Below are positions 47,662 to 61,200 of a stretch of DNA of 64,000 nt, piece after piece. How positions within the stretch are numbered: position 1 is the first letter of the stretch; each line of letters begins with the position of its first letter. Position numbers and translations under genes: made by a program. Below the pieces are notes generated by a model, which saw only the letters and a list, made by a program, of their open reading frames with translations, was not told where the DNA came from and did not search any database. Origin of the DNA: Macrostomum lignano (lineage: Eukaryota); assembly GCA_002269645.1 (NCBI GenBank), contig NIVC01003473.1, forward strand, positions 32,142 through 96,141. Reading direction: 5' to 3'.

Positions 47662-47992
47662 TGCACACATGGTCCACAATTCCGTATATATTTAAATAAA
47701 GCAAATAAAAAACTAAACAAGGCAATAGAGGAATTGGTTCAGTCAGGTCGATAATTGTACATTAGGGGACGAAACTAAATTAAATTACTAGGCCTTCACA
47801 CATTGGCAAAGAGAGACCAACACCAAGCCTAGAAAACTTGGAGCTGTAAACTGGCTGGTGTACGGGTTTTGTTCAGAGGAGGCAGGGATCTGGGTGCATG
47901 TGATTTCCCCACAAACATGGGCCCAACGCACAATGATGAAATCATTGCACTTTGGACTAACAAGACAAAAAAGGCCTTGTCATGTGACTGAC

Positions 47993-48954
47993 TCACATAA
48001 AAAGGGGAAAAAGGCCCACTGTTGAAGCCACCAGTGACCTTGGGATCGGAAAACAGAGCGACACTCCAAAAATGGAAGTGCCAAACCGAGAACGAAACAG
48101 GCAGGCCAGCCCAAGCTGTCTGGGCACTGCAAACGAGAGCAAGCGAGCGAGGACAAGAGCGGACCCGAGCAAATGCCCAGCGGCAGACAGAAGCCCTGGT
48201 GCGAGGACAGATGCGAGATTCGCTAGCGTTTCTAAGTGTTGATGCAGCGCATCAAAAATCTCGACAGTTCTATGCCCATTAAGGCTGACAGCCTTGAGGA
48301 TGGCGTCCGGGATGTCTGGCGGCTGGCCCATAAGGTTAGTGGCCGCCAGCAGGGCTACCGCCTGTATGATCGTCGGGTAGCGGCTTTGTTCGATCTCGGG
48401 GCTGGCCAGGCGAGCTGCGGAGTCGAGCACTTCCTGGCGGTTGCGATCGGACAACTCGCGGAGCCGCACCCAGCGGGGCCAGCTGAAGTATCCGGGCCAA
48501 GTCTCGCTTCGGGCTGCCGTGAGAAAGAGTCCGCCTAGGTACATGGCGGCTCCAACCATGAGGAAGGGCCGTCTTCGTGGTCAGGATCTCTCGTCTAGCC
48601 CAGCTCCAGCTCGACGACCTGGACTCCGACGTCACAGACCTCGACTGGGCCAGCCAGGGATGGCGGCGGGGCCACCGGGAGCACGTCACGGAGGGCATCG
48701 GCTAGCCCGCTTCCTCGCTGCCTTGAATGTAGGCCGGCGTTTCGGTGCATTGGTCGTTCATCCGCTGAGTCGACCGCGTCTATCGGGGTGCTCACGGGCG
48801 AGTCACTGGGCAAAAGCCGGTGGCCGCTTTCTGTCAGGTGCCTGAAACGAGGGAGGGGGGTCATGGCACCGGCCTGACCGACTCCACGCGCCGTCTCCCT
48901 GGCGTGGTCTTGACGAAGTCTTGACGGTAGGCCGCAATGGCCCCGTCCCACCAC
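47993..48954 (-). CDS. Orphan hydrophobic ORF pair (48954-48595 and 48559-47993), possibly one interrupted accessory gene
   Basis: The 188-aa ORF has several amphipathic/hydrophobic helices; GC-rich; same strand as the Gypsy remnant. Confidence 0.3.
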
Positions 48955-49213
48955 GTCCGCGAGAGCTAGAGCTTGATCTTGGCTCGGTGCCGAAGCGTGG
49001 GTGAGAACTTAGAAGGATTTCGCCGCGGCTCTACCTCCGGGGTATCAGCCACAGGCGGCTGCGTGTGTCGCCTTCGGCCTCTGCGACACGAGCGTTGTTG
49101 TGACTTTTTGGCCTCAAATACCGTCTTGCCGAATGCATTAAGTGGTTCTTGCATAAAAATATTCCGTTTGTATGATCATATGTTTACGCCTTTTCAAAAT
49201 AATGAAAATATAA

Positions 49214-49633
49214 CCCTAGATAAGTTTCCAAGTCGCACTGCTGAAATTCCAAACAGCTGTGAATCAGCGCCCATTAAAAATCAGTGACGGAAATAATGAG
49301 CAGGTATGACTGCCCGACAATGGAAATCAAATTTAAGATATGATGTCTCAGCAAGCGAAGAAAAGTTGATACTGAAGCTAGCTCGTACATTGTGTTCATT
49401 TGTGATGCAGTCAGCGATGGAGTAAAATTGCTCTGTTTTGGATGCTGTGGTCAATATAGGGTATAGAAACCAAAGTCGCTGGACTTTTTAAATATTGAAC
49501 CGGTTGAATTAATATGAAGAACCGTCCCGCTGCTTTGCTTGATGCTCGTGTACATTATTAGTCGGGCAGGATCTAAGCAACGCGCGCTCTCTAATGACTC
49601 CTGCAGGCAAATAAAAGTGGGGATGTAACTCAT
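49214..49633 (-). pseudogene. MULE/Foldback NOF-like DDE transposase remnant
   Basis: VLHINSTGS (LHxDATG, D>N), PIADCITNEHNV (shifted frame), ISVTDF*WALIH (xDFSxALI); stops and frameshifts. Confidence 0.55.
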
Positions 49634-50459
49634 TCAAAAGTGCAATCTTTACCAAAAATAATTCTTGGCTGAATTCTTTGTGCCGACTCTCACCAGTCTC
49701 ACCTACCCGAGCCGGGAACAGCAGTGGCATATCCGGCACTCTCGCCTGTGCTCCAGCCGGCCGGGCCGGGCTGATGGCCTATCAGGGCCGTGGGGCTGGA
49801 AGATGACGGCCGATGACCCGTGACTGTGGCGTGGCAGGCCGTTGGCTGAGCATACTCCTGGGCTCTGCGGGCTAGAAACTGCTCGTGCAGAGTGGCGAAA
49901 CCGGCGGCGGGCTGCTGGTGATCTTCCGGCCAGCTGGTACGCGGTTCTTAATCACGCAGCCGCCTCACATGCGGAGGGGAATCAAGGGTGAGGTCGACGA
50001 CCTCCACCGGGGCGGCCACGGCTCGCCTGCTGCGGCGGCGACGAGACCGGCGGTTCCTCGACGACGCGCGCTCCCTTCGCTCAGGTTGGGGCGACACCCG
50101 CCTGGCGGCGGTGACGAAGACCTTCTCTCGTGTCGGCTGACCCAGCCGCAGCCACGGGTGCACAAGCAGGACGGGAGCCTGTCGTGGTGCGCCTTCCAGT
50201 TGGCCGGCGGCGGCCCCGATGGCCGGACCAGCATGCAACAAAAAGTCGGTCACAGCCAACCTCTCTCCCACTCGTCAGAGTTAGACCGATCCGTACGCTT
50301 AGTGGGGCGCGTTGGATGCATTGCTGCGCTGAAATGAGTTAAAATTTGTGCGCGCATGCGGGCGGTGCGACTAACATACATTTGAGGCCTAGTATTGCTA
50401 ATAAGAGCCTCTCTGGAGGCCTACGATCCCTAACTGGCCTACCTAACCCTACCGGTCCT

Positions 50460-51326
50460 AAAGGCGCTTCCGCCTAAGTGGTGCATGGCGATGGTGCACA
50501 AGACTGCACCGCAGAAGAAGGTTCAGGGGGAGCGGGCGCATAGACGGCCAAAAAAGAAACAGCAGGCACAGATGCATTTGAAACAGGCTCACGCAAGTGG
50601 CATTCACCATACAGCACTGGCTCACGCCGAAGTGCACTTGCCTGGTTCGCTGGTGTCGTGATCGGTCCACCTCCTGGCTGCACCTCCAGGATCGCCAGAG
50701 GCCGGAAACACCACCAGAGGGCCGGCCTCACGTCGTCATCCTCGTCATCGTCGGGATCTTCTAGACCGTCGTCGGGGACCGGTGGCAGGGTCGCGAGTCA
50801 CCATCAGGGACGTGGAGCAGGTTGCGGCGATGAACAACTAGTTCATCCCGTCTAGCTCGTGGATTCGGCAGTCTTTGGCGAATTTTGTAGACCACCTCGC
50901 CTCTGGGCTCGATGACTTCGTAGAGTGCTTTGCGGGGTCGATGAAACTTCGATGCCTCGTCTGGTTAGAGCACAGGGTTGTTGAGAAAGACCAGATCACC
51001 GGGCTTGAGCTTCTTGGCCTTCGGCAGGTTGGAATAGTGCGCGTCTCGCAGCTGCTGATGAAGGTGCAGACGATCCTTGGCCAGCTAAGTGGCCTCGTCC
51101 AGACGGCGCTGGAAGTCCTTGACATAGCCGGGCAAATCAGCATATTCGGGCAGCTTTTTCAACGCGTTGTAGATCGGGAGTCGGAAGTCACGGCCAAACA
51201 CAGATAGTTGGGCGTGAATCTTGTCACAGTGTGTACACTGGAGCGGAGAGCCATCAGGCAGGCCGGGAGGAAGGTGTCCCAGTCATTATGGTTGCGCTCA
51301 AGGAGACAGGTGAGAATGCTCTTCAG
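50460..51326 (-). mobile_element. Gypsy LTR-retrotransposon integrase remnant (core C-terminus + GPY/F region)
   Basis: LKSILTCLLERNHNDWDTFLPACLMALRSSVHTVTRFTPNYL/FGRDFRLP...LKPGDLVFL...SKFHRPRKALYEV...VVYKI...VVHRRNL; in-frame stops and a frameshift. Confidence 0.85.
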
Positions 51327-51819
51327 CTATTAATAATACATGTTAAAGATATATCCTACACAGCACTGAATGGGCAAATGAGTAGGAGAGAGTGCACCAT
51401 GAAGGCTGCTGAGACTGTGGGACGGGTCTGGGATTATCTGATTGAGTAGGATGGATGGTAGAGTACCACAGAACCGAGATGAGACTTACCAGTTGGAGAT
51501 CGGAGGTCTTTGACAGCTATGCGTTTTACCGCTAAAAGTACTTTGGGATTAGCGATTAGTGATTTCTCTTCATTATCTTCACTTTCTATTTAATAAGAGC
51601 TTTCTAATGTATATTTTTTCATTAATTTTTGTCAATTCTACGCGAAAAGTCATAAATCATTTTGTTGCGATTTTGATTGATTTATGGCCGCACCTGTTAT
51701 GTTTTTACGACCCCGAGGGCACTGATAGGATCTCCCGGTCACGGGATTCTGGGTAGCAACCAGCTTAGCCAATCAGAAAATTCGACGCTCATTTTAACAA
51801 ATCGGCTCAGCCAATCAGA

Positions 51820-51875
51820 ATCGACGTGTTCCATTATAACAAACTGCGGTCCAGTTGGCGGCTATTTAAACCGGT
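51820..51875 (+). promoter_or_regulatory. Pol II promoter-like cluster (AGCCAATCAGAA at ~51766 and ~51808, CTATTTAAA at ~51862), possibly within a solo LTR
   Basis: Two CCAAT boxes followed by a TATA-like box; LTR boundaries not established. Confidence 0.35.
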
Positions 51876-53633
51876 GTTTTTGGCCCGCTTGGACCAACTC
51901 CTCCTGGGATCTTAGCCTAGATTGAGACGTCCCGGAGCGCGACTGTCGTTTCTTGATCCCCGGATTGCGACCTCCCCCATCATCATCAAGGACGAGTCCC
52001 CCGGTCATCAGCAGCGAACATCAAAGTTAAGAGCATCACCTGCAAGCTATCTGCGAAGGTTGTGACATCAGCATCATCCCGGGTCTACAGCTGCGAAGCA
52101 CCAAGCCGATTCGGTCACTGTGGATTACCTGGTCTCCGGCTGTTGAGTTTCTGATTTGGTTGGGTGAGAGGCTGCCTAGACTTGCTTGATTGGGTGATCC
52201 CTTATCTGTCCCCTGTTTCAGTAGCTGGATTAGGCGCACACTTTTGCTCTTTTTGTTCAGTAGTGCTGTTCAGTAGAAGTCATTCAATAATACTGCTAGT
52301 AGTCTAAAACTCCAATTCAATCTGAAGTGTGAAGTGATCTGAGGAGAAGGTTAAATCTGACAGTTATTTTTATCGGTTTTATTTCTTTGTTCGCCGATGG
52401 CTCAGATGAGTAGCTAAGCTAGTAGGCGCTGGTCACAGTGGACCAATGGCAAGGCAGTTCTCAGTCGATCAATCAATCAAATCAGTGAGCAAAACAGCCA
52501 GTAGTGCAGAATCGGCGCCAGAGATGTACTCTGTGGACTCTAGGTTCGCCAAGCGGCTCGGGTAATGAACCATGCGGTCTCTGATGTTCGAGTTAGCCTA
52601 TCATCAGCGCTAGGAGAGGCTAGTTGGCGCGTTGAAGGCCAAAAGTACAATTCTTCGTATTTAGCAATGTAATAGTACATGTAGCTACCCCTGCATAGTC
52701 TCGCCACTGCAAGAATCCCCTGCACAAGTCCCCTCTGTACCTGTATGGTCAATGCGATCTAGTCCCAGCAGTGTCCCTTAACATCGGCTATGACTTCGAG
52801 ATTGACAGCAAAAAGACACTAGTTGGCAGGTAAGTGCAAAGCCCCTTCTAGTCGGAAGCCCGATTTCGAGAGTCCCGGTGTGGTGAGCCAGGGCGCACGT
52901 GCTGGTGGCAGCAAGTTAGTTGAACTGCGGATTGGCTAATTTCTACCTTCAAAATTCTCCCTGCTTGTCTCTCGCTGTCCCTCTCTTAGCAATAGGACCT
53001 AGACTGCTCGCCACACGATCAAGCAACCATGGGGCTGACCATCTGACAGGAGTGGGGGCCAGGACTCTAATTGATTTATTTCTGAGACCTGAGGCCCGAA
53101 AGCTTCCCCACAAGGGGGCCGAAAGGGCGAAACCCATCACAGAAAACTAAGAAAAGAACGAGGAGGCGGAGAAGGATGCAGTTTACACCGAAACGAACAT
53201 CAATATATAATTGCCTCAAACTCTACCTCGGCTGGACCACAAAAGGAAAAATTAAACACGCACAGGTAGGAAAAGCAAAAGTATTGAATTAAGGGGGTTA
53301 CGAAGTATAATAAGCAACTGGAAACAATTATACGCAAAAGGGAGATTAGCAGTCCCATTACGGGACGGGGAGCGTGACGGAAAACGTCTCGGCGTGGGAG
53401 AACAATTCCGGGTTGGGACAACACCATCACGTAAAGGTAAACCGATTTAAAGTTTTATTAAAAATAATGATTAATGTAAAATTAAGTAGACCAAATTAAT
53501 AAAAGGGGCAGCCACCTGCCACACTTACTACAAATTCACTTTCAGGAAAGGTAGCCAAAGTATCAGGCCAGCAATCAACAGTTTTAGGAGTACTTAAGGC
53601 ATTTTTGTATTATTTGGACAAGGTTCTTGCTAA

Positions 53634-53796
53634 ATGAATGCTAATATTCTTGTTTTTATTATTCAAGCTTTTGTTTTATGCATTTTTGCGCACCAATCAG
53701 CAAATGATATAGTTGTCGAACAAAGTGAATTTGCTGGCGATGAAAACCCCACGTCTTTTCTCAAAAAAGAGTATTCACTTTCAAAACCATTTCAGG
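53634..53796 (+). CDS. LMAN2: LMAN2/VIP36 (or LMAN2L) L-type lectin, coding exon 1 (gene continues beyond window)
   Basis: Signal-peptide-like N-terminus then FLKKEYSLSKPFQG, matching the xLKREHSLxKPYQG motif; phase-1 donor G|GTATGT at the conserved position. Exon 2 not found in the window. Confidence 0.8.
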
Positions 53797-55309
53797 GTAT
53801 GTTTTATTTATGTATCCTTTAAATTATTAAATGTCAGCATGACTACTAATCTATGGCCCATGGAAACCTTGCTTCATAATTTGTAGACCTAAAATAAAAG
53901 AAAACAACTTTGTTTTAGTATTTAAGTAAAAGGCTATTCAGAACACAATTACAACATTTTGATGACATTATCTTTCAAGATAAATTGCAGAGTCTTTATT
54001 TTACTTTACTTTATTGTCTAATATTTAGCACTAACAATGTCAATAGCCAAATAGGCCATGGTCAATTATATCATATACTTTGACTATATTCTGATATTTG
54101 TTGTAGATTTCAAAATGTTGTAGAATGTTATTTTAAAAAATATTAGCTTTTATAATGATCAATTATTGAGTTAAATCACTATACTAGGCCCTATGCTATT
54201 ATATTTATATCTTGGGATTGCCTTCTTAATTAATCCTATAATTTATTTGCTAAATCTAAATACTTATTCTAATAACAATATTAAACTAGATTGAAGGTGT
54301 GCCACCTTAGCAGGTCGAAGTGCATTAATTGCTCAATATTTCGAAATTATTTTTGATTTCTTTGAGTACAGTTTTGCAACACATAAAACCCTAAAAATGT
54401 TAAACTATTGTAAACTACTTAGATGCTACGTATTTTAGTTACATATGTCCTATGTGACTAATTAATTATAATTTACCATTCATTAATTTTTTAATCACAA
54501 AGTTCTATTAAATAGACTCAAAAAATCAAACTGAGACACATGAATTAACATCATATACTAAGGTCCAAGAAATAATACTCATAATAAATATCTTGGACAT
54601 TTGGACTTACGAAAAATAATCTTGCAATTAACAACGAAATTAGTTAAAAAAAATTTTCGCCGCTCCGATTCTGTTCACTGTAATTTGAAATGAGATTTTC
54701 CTAGAAATTCAGCATTTCAAATGTACAGTTTAACGCCCACAGGTACGTGAAACCACCGGATGCGACTTTGCAGTGAAATGCTTTGCCATTTGATACAAGT
54801 TACCCAACATTAGGTAGCCTGATCATTTAGCTAAATCCATAATTAGGCACAGCAGCTTTCAAAACTCCGAAAAAACGAATTAATCAATAAATATGTAAAC
54901 TATTATATGAGAAAAATACTGCCGTGTCTAAAACAAAAAGCGTCGAGCATTTAACTAACCTCACACAGTGCAATGAGAATTAAAAACAAAGATATTTTTA
55001 TGGAAACTTTACACCATTTTTTACACTGTAAATTTTTTTACACTGTGAAAGGTTAATCAATGCTACTCACACTTTTAGGGACTTTCACTGCACATTTTGT
55101 GGGCGGTGCTGCGCGCAATAATAGTTTCGCAAATTTGTATCAAAACCGCCAAACGGCAAACATGCGCGCAGTACCCACTCAATAGAGTGTTCGTTTTTGG
55201 AAAGAATATTTAAATTGTAACTCGAGCAGACATTAGCTTTTTAAGTGCTTTGCTTATGAGAATTCAGCAGCCACTGCAACGCAAATTACGCAATTTATCG
55301 TAAATAATT

Positions 55310-58258
55310 GGATGGTTGTTGACTGGACGTATGGTTGTGACTGGATTGTTGCTGACTGGATGGTTGCTGACTGGATGGACGGTTGCTGACTGGATGGTTG
55401 CTGACTGGACGTATGGTTGTGACTGGATTGTTGCTGACTGGAATGGTTGCTGACTGGACGGATGGTTGCTGACTGGATGGTTGCTGACTGGACGTATGGT
55501 TGTGACTGGATTGTTGCTGACTGGATGGTTGCTAACTGGATGGACGGTTGCTCACTGGATGGCTGCTGACTCGATGGCTGCTGACTAGATGGCTGCTGAC
55601 TGGATGGTTGCTGACTGGATGTATGGTTGTGACTGGATTGTTGCTGACTGGATTGTTGCTGACTGGATGGACTGTTGTTGACTGGATGGTTGCTGACTGG
55701 ATGGATGTTTGCTGACTGGATGGTTGCTGACTGGATGGTTGCTGACTGGATGGTCGCTGACTGGATGGTTGTTGACTGGATGGGTGCTGACTGGATGGAT
55801 GGTTGCTGACTGGATGGATGTTTGCTGACTGGATGGCTGCTGACAGGATGGCTGCTGACTGGATGGTTGCTGACTGGACGGTTGCTGACTCGATGGATGG
55901 TTGCTGACTAGATGGTTGCTGCCTGGATGGTTTCCGACTGGATGGATGTTTGCTGACTGGATGGTTGCTGACTGGACGGATGGTTGTGACTGGATTGTTG
56001 CTGACTGGATGGACGGTTGCTGACTGGATGGTTGCTGACTGGATGGTTGCTGACTGGATTGTTCCTGACTGGATTGTTGCTGACTGGACGGACGGTTGCT
56101 GACTGGATGGTTGCTGACTGGATGTATGGTTGTGACTGGATTGTTGCTGACTGGATTGTTGCTGACTGGATGGACGGTTGCTGACTGGATGGTTGCTGAC
56201 TGGATGTATGGTTGTGACTGGATTGTTGCTGACTGGATGGATGGTTGCTGACTGGATGGACTGTTGTTGACTGGATGGTTGCTGACTGGATGGATGTTTG
56301 CTGACTGGATGGTTGCTGACTGGATGGTTGCTGACTGGATGGTTGCTGACTGGATGGTCGCTGACTGGATGGTTGTTGACTGGATTGTTGCTGACTGGAT
56401 GGACGGTTGTTGACTGGATGGTTGCTGACTGGATGGATGATTGCTGACTGGATGGTTGCTGACTGGACGGTTGCTGACTGGATGGATGGTTGCTGACTGG
56501 ATAGTTGCTGACTGGATGGACGGTTGCTGACTGGATTGTTGCTGACTGGATTGTTGCTGACTGGATGGACGGTTGCTGACTGGATGGTTGCTGACTGGAT
56601 GTATGGTTGTGACTGGATTGTTGCTGACTGGATTGTTGCTGACTGGATTGTTGCTGACTGGATGATTGGTTGCTGACTTGATGGACTGTTGTTGACTGGA
56701 TGGTTGCTGACTGGATGGATGTTTGCTGACTGGATGGTTGCTGACTGGATGGTTGCTGACTGGATGGTCGCTGACTGGATGGTTGTTGACTGGATGGGTG
56801 CTGACTGGATGGACGGTTGCTGACTGGATGGCTGCTGACTGGATGGCTGCTGACAGGATGGCTGCTGACTGGATGGTTGCTGACTGGACGGATGGTTGCT
56901 GACTGGATGGTTGCTGACTGGATGTATGGTTGTGACTGGATTGTTGCTGACTGGATGGATGGTTGCTGACTGGATGGACTGTTGTTGACTGGATGGTTGC
57001 TGACTGGATGGATGTTTGCTGACTGGATGGACTGTTGTTGACTGGATGGTTGCTGACTGGATGGTTGCTGACTGGATGGTCGCTGACTGGATGGTTGTTG
57101 ACTGGATGGGTGCTGACTGGATGGACGGTTGCTGACTGGATGGCTGCTGACTGGATGGCTGCTGACAGGATGGCTGCTGACTGGATGGTTGCTGACTGGA
57201 CGGATGGTTGCTGACTGGATGGTTGCTGACTGGATGGTTGCTGACTGGATTGTTGCTGACTGGATGGATGGTTGCTGGACGAATGGTTGCTGACTGGATG
57301 GTTGCTGACTGGATGGTTGCTGACTGGATGGTTGCTGAATGGATGGATGGTTGCTGACTGGATGGTTGCTGACTGGATGGTTGCTGACTGGACGTATGGT
57401 TGTGACTGGATGGTTGCCGACTGGATGGTCGCTGACTGGACGGATGATTGCTGACTGGACGGATGGTTGCTGACTGGACGGATGGTTGCTGACTGGATGA
57501 CTGCTGACTGGATGGTTGTGACTGGATGGTTGCTGACTGGATGATTGCTGACTGGATTGTTGCTGACTGGATGGACGGTTGCTGACTGGATGGCTGCTGA
57601 CTGGACGGATGCTGACTGGATGGTTGCTGACTGGATGGTTGCTGACTGGATGGATGCTGACTGGACGAATGGTTGCTGACTGGATGGATGTTTGCTGACT
57701 GGATGGTTGCTGACTGGATTGTTGCTGACTGGATGGATGGTTGCTGGACGAATGGTTGCTGACTGGATGGTTGCTGACTGGATGGTTGCTGACTGGATGG
57801 TTGCTGAATGGATGGATGGTTGCTGACTGGATGGTTGCTGACTGGATGGTTGCTGACTGGACGTATGGTTGTGACTGGATGGTTGCCGACTGGATGGTCG
57901 CTGACTGGACGGATGATTGCTGACTGGACGGATGGTTGCTGACTGGACGGATGGTTGCTGACTGGATGACTGCTGACTGGATGGTTGTGACTGGATGGTT
58001 GCTGACTGGATGATTGCTGACTGGATTGTTGCTGACTGGATGGACGGTTGCTGACTGGATGGCTGCTGACTGGACGGATGCTGACTGGATGGTTGCTGAC
58101 TGGATGGTTGCTGACTGGATGGATGCTGACTGGACGAATGGTTGCTGACTGGATGGATGTTTGCTGACTGGATGGTTGCTGACTGGATGGTTGCTGACTG
58201 GATTGTTGCTGACTGACGGCTGCTGACTGGACGGATGCTGACTGGATGGATAGTTGCT
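55310..58258. repeat. ~2.95-kb satellite, 15-bp unit GACTGGATGGTTGCT (19-bp variants), with a 469-bp internal duplication
   Basis: Direct reading; identical ORF translations at 57272 and 57741. Confidence 0.97.
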
Positions 58259-58290
58259 GACTAAATAGTTGCCGACTTTAGAATAGCAAG

Positions 58291-61200
58291 TTAGCGGCTA
58301 TCAGAATTCGCGGATGAGCACATTCTCAGCAAACGCTTTTGCTCATGCAACTGCGTCTGCACTTTTTGTGCAGAAAAAAGGCTCACGAAATTGTTGTAAT
58401 CGCAACTTGATACTCGCAAATCTGCAAATGCACGAACTCTACTCACCGCAGTATAAAATAATCCAGCTGGAATAGCTTTCCTGGCGCCTCCTTTGCTAAA
58501 CGCCACGTACGCTTTTGGAATTGTAAGTCCTTGGCTCTTGTGAATCGTACTAGCCCAAGCCAATCGTAGTGGAAATTGTTGACGCGACAATTGGGCTCCT
58601 CCTTTAAACTTTTCATTCGTTACTGACAGAATTGGCACTACACGAATTGCACGATTATCTTGTACAATTGCCCCCATTGCTGGGCCAGAATAATTGTCAA
58701 ATTCAACCCAAATACAATCTGGCCAATCCTTTGGTGATTGCCTTCCAGGAGCGTAGCAAATTCCTCGTACAGTTCCAACTGATCCATTCACAAGTCCATT
58801 GCGTACTGACAGATTTCTAGTTAGCATTACTCGAGCACCAATACACAAATAGAGTCGCTTCTCCAGATTCGTATCCGATTTTTTATGTTCCTTCTTTTTG
58901 CCACACAATTTTGCTTCGTCTCCTTTACAAATTGCGTTAATTTGCCGCACAGGATTCAATTCGGAAACCATCTTTCCCAATAGCATGTAGTTGCGATTTC
59001 TCACATCCTCGTTAGTGTGATATAAAAATGTACACCCGCTTTGGAAACCTTCAGGCAAAAGGTCGGGAGCATAGACGCGACAATTGTTCATCAACGAATT
59101 CCAGCAGGCTTCGTCGGCCTTGCCTTCGCGAAGTTTATCCAACAACTGGGCGAATTCCGTATCGTTTGCTTGTCGGACTTGTTCTGTCAGATGCACAACC
59201 TTTTTGAACTCCATGTACAATTTATAGCCTTCAGATTTCAATATATCGTGCTTCTTTTGATTTGGATTGTAAACGTACAGTTGCGTGTCCAAAACTGGAG
59301 GCAATTGAAACACGTCGCCAATTAGGATTACAGATCGACCACCAAAACTCTGTTTACTGTGTTCTGGAAACAATTCGCGCAAACGAGCATCCACCTTACG
59401 GAGTAACCTTTGGCCAAGCATGCTAAATTCGTCAATAAAAATGTAGCGCACATCTTTCCACTGCTCTTGCATCTCCATTAGGGATTTCTTGCCAACACCA
59501 GCACTAAAATTTACATTCAATTTCAAAGCCGAGTGCAAAGTTTCGCCTGCAATATTGAAAGCGGCTACGCCTGTTGATGCCATAATTCTGCATCTTGATT
59601 CTCCAATCAACCGACGCAATGTAGAAATCAAGTAGCTTTTCCAGTTCCAGCGCTACCATACAAAATTGCTTTGAGAGGCTCCGGCTTTTCGCCTTGGTTT
59701 TCTTCGGCTAGTCTTGAAAGCTGCAAATGACTTTCAATTAGGTTGTACATTTCTCGCTGCCGAACATTAAGCGATTCAACACTGTTTATCGGCATGTCAG
59801 CGACCTCTCTTGCGCCAAGTTTTAGGTCGCTACTTAAAAACGCCTTTGCTTCTCCAACCGTTGGAAACTGGCCGCCACTAGCTGCGCTCCAGTCAAAATT
59901 TTCTGGCGGCTTTGGCAATTGATCTTCTGGACAGGCCAATAGATTTCTCTCGCGATGAAGTGCCCCCACTGCAACCATCCAATCTTCTTGCTCTTCGTGC
60001 TCATAAGTTGGCTGAGCAGCAGATTGCGCATTTGCGTTGGTCATTTCGGGTAGCTCCGCAACTGCTTCGACTTCTTCGTCAGCTTCGTCGTTGCGCAAAT
60101 CGTCCAAATTGGGCAGCTGCAGCTCGCATCGATTCTCAGCAGGCATGGCTTCGTACGCTTGCTGCCAGCTTGTGTGCAAACCTTTGGCTTCTCGCTCATT
60201 TCGCCAACAACTGTACAACAAAACCTGCTGCCGATAATAGCCTTCGCGTCTTTCGTCTGATTGCTCATTCGGTCGAAAAAATGGACTGATTAGCAAAACT
60301 ACTTGTTTCGGCCTTTTTGTGCACCTCCCATTAGGGCTGAGACAGTAGTCGGAAAAGAAACGAAACATTGTTACATTTTCCAAATTCTTTGCACGCTTTG
60401 AATACTTGTCGCAACTATTCCTGCAAACACCCTTTTCCTCCACTGCGCGGGTTTCGCCAGTCTGAACAAAAACAAATTCTCGCGAACCCTTGTACATTGA
60501 CGTCTGCAATAGCAAATGCATTGCCTCTTGCGCCGAATAATCACGCGCTCCAACTTGCGCCATCAAGTGTTGTTGTACAACACGCCTTGCAGTGTTGCTA
60601 CGCTGAAAATTGTTATCGGCATTCTGTTCTGCATTATCTTCCAACTCCTTATGAAGACGCTTTGTCAGCTCCGCCATATAATCCGACTCCTTTTCGCTTT
60701 TTGTCGCATACTTGATCAAATAGCGAATCAAATTCTTCACGGACGAAATCATTTGAACATCGACATTGGCTCTCCACATGCACAGCAACTGCGGACTGTG
60801 AGAAATCATTCGCTCGTCGTTGCGCTGCGTCTCAACTTGCCAATTTAAACGGGATACTCGCTTTGCAACAGTCTTTTCCTGCGGCTCGCGCGGATACTTG
60901 AATCGGCACTCTTGTTTGCCTTTTACTGTTCGCAAGCACTTTTTACTGCAAATAGTGTGCCTCTCTGTCAAATGCGAAATTAACTGCAAATCTTGCTTGT
61001 CATTTTCAATCTCTTCCGGTTTCAGTTGAGCTGGATGACCTTGACCTGCTAAACTGCCATTCAAAACTTGATTTCCATAATCCGATTCGTCCATGGCCAA
61101 ATTCCAACTACAGATGTACTTGTCAACAAAGCTCGTCAATTCTTCTGCATTCAATGTATTCGATGTCACATCAACACCATCTGGCATCCAAATGCAACCG

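Noticed and set aside
51690-53430. Possible ~1.7-kb solo LTR
   Set aside because: Promoter motifs are present, but TG..CA termini and a TSD could not be identified.
55310-58258. Satellite as a coding Trp-rich repeat (DWMVA/LTGWL)
   Set aside because: Frequent 4-nt unit variants break the frame; only short ORFs result.
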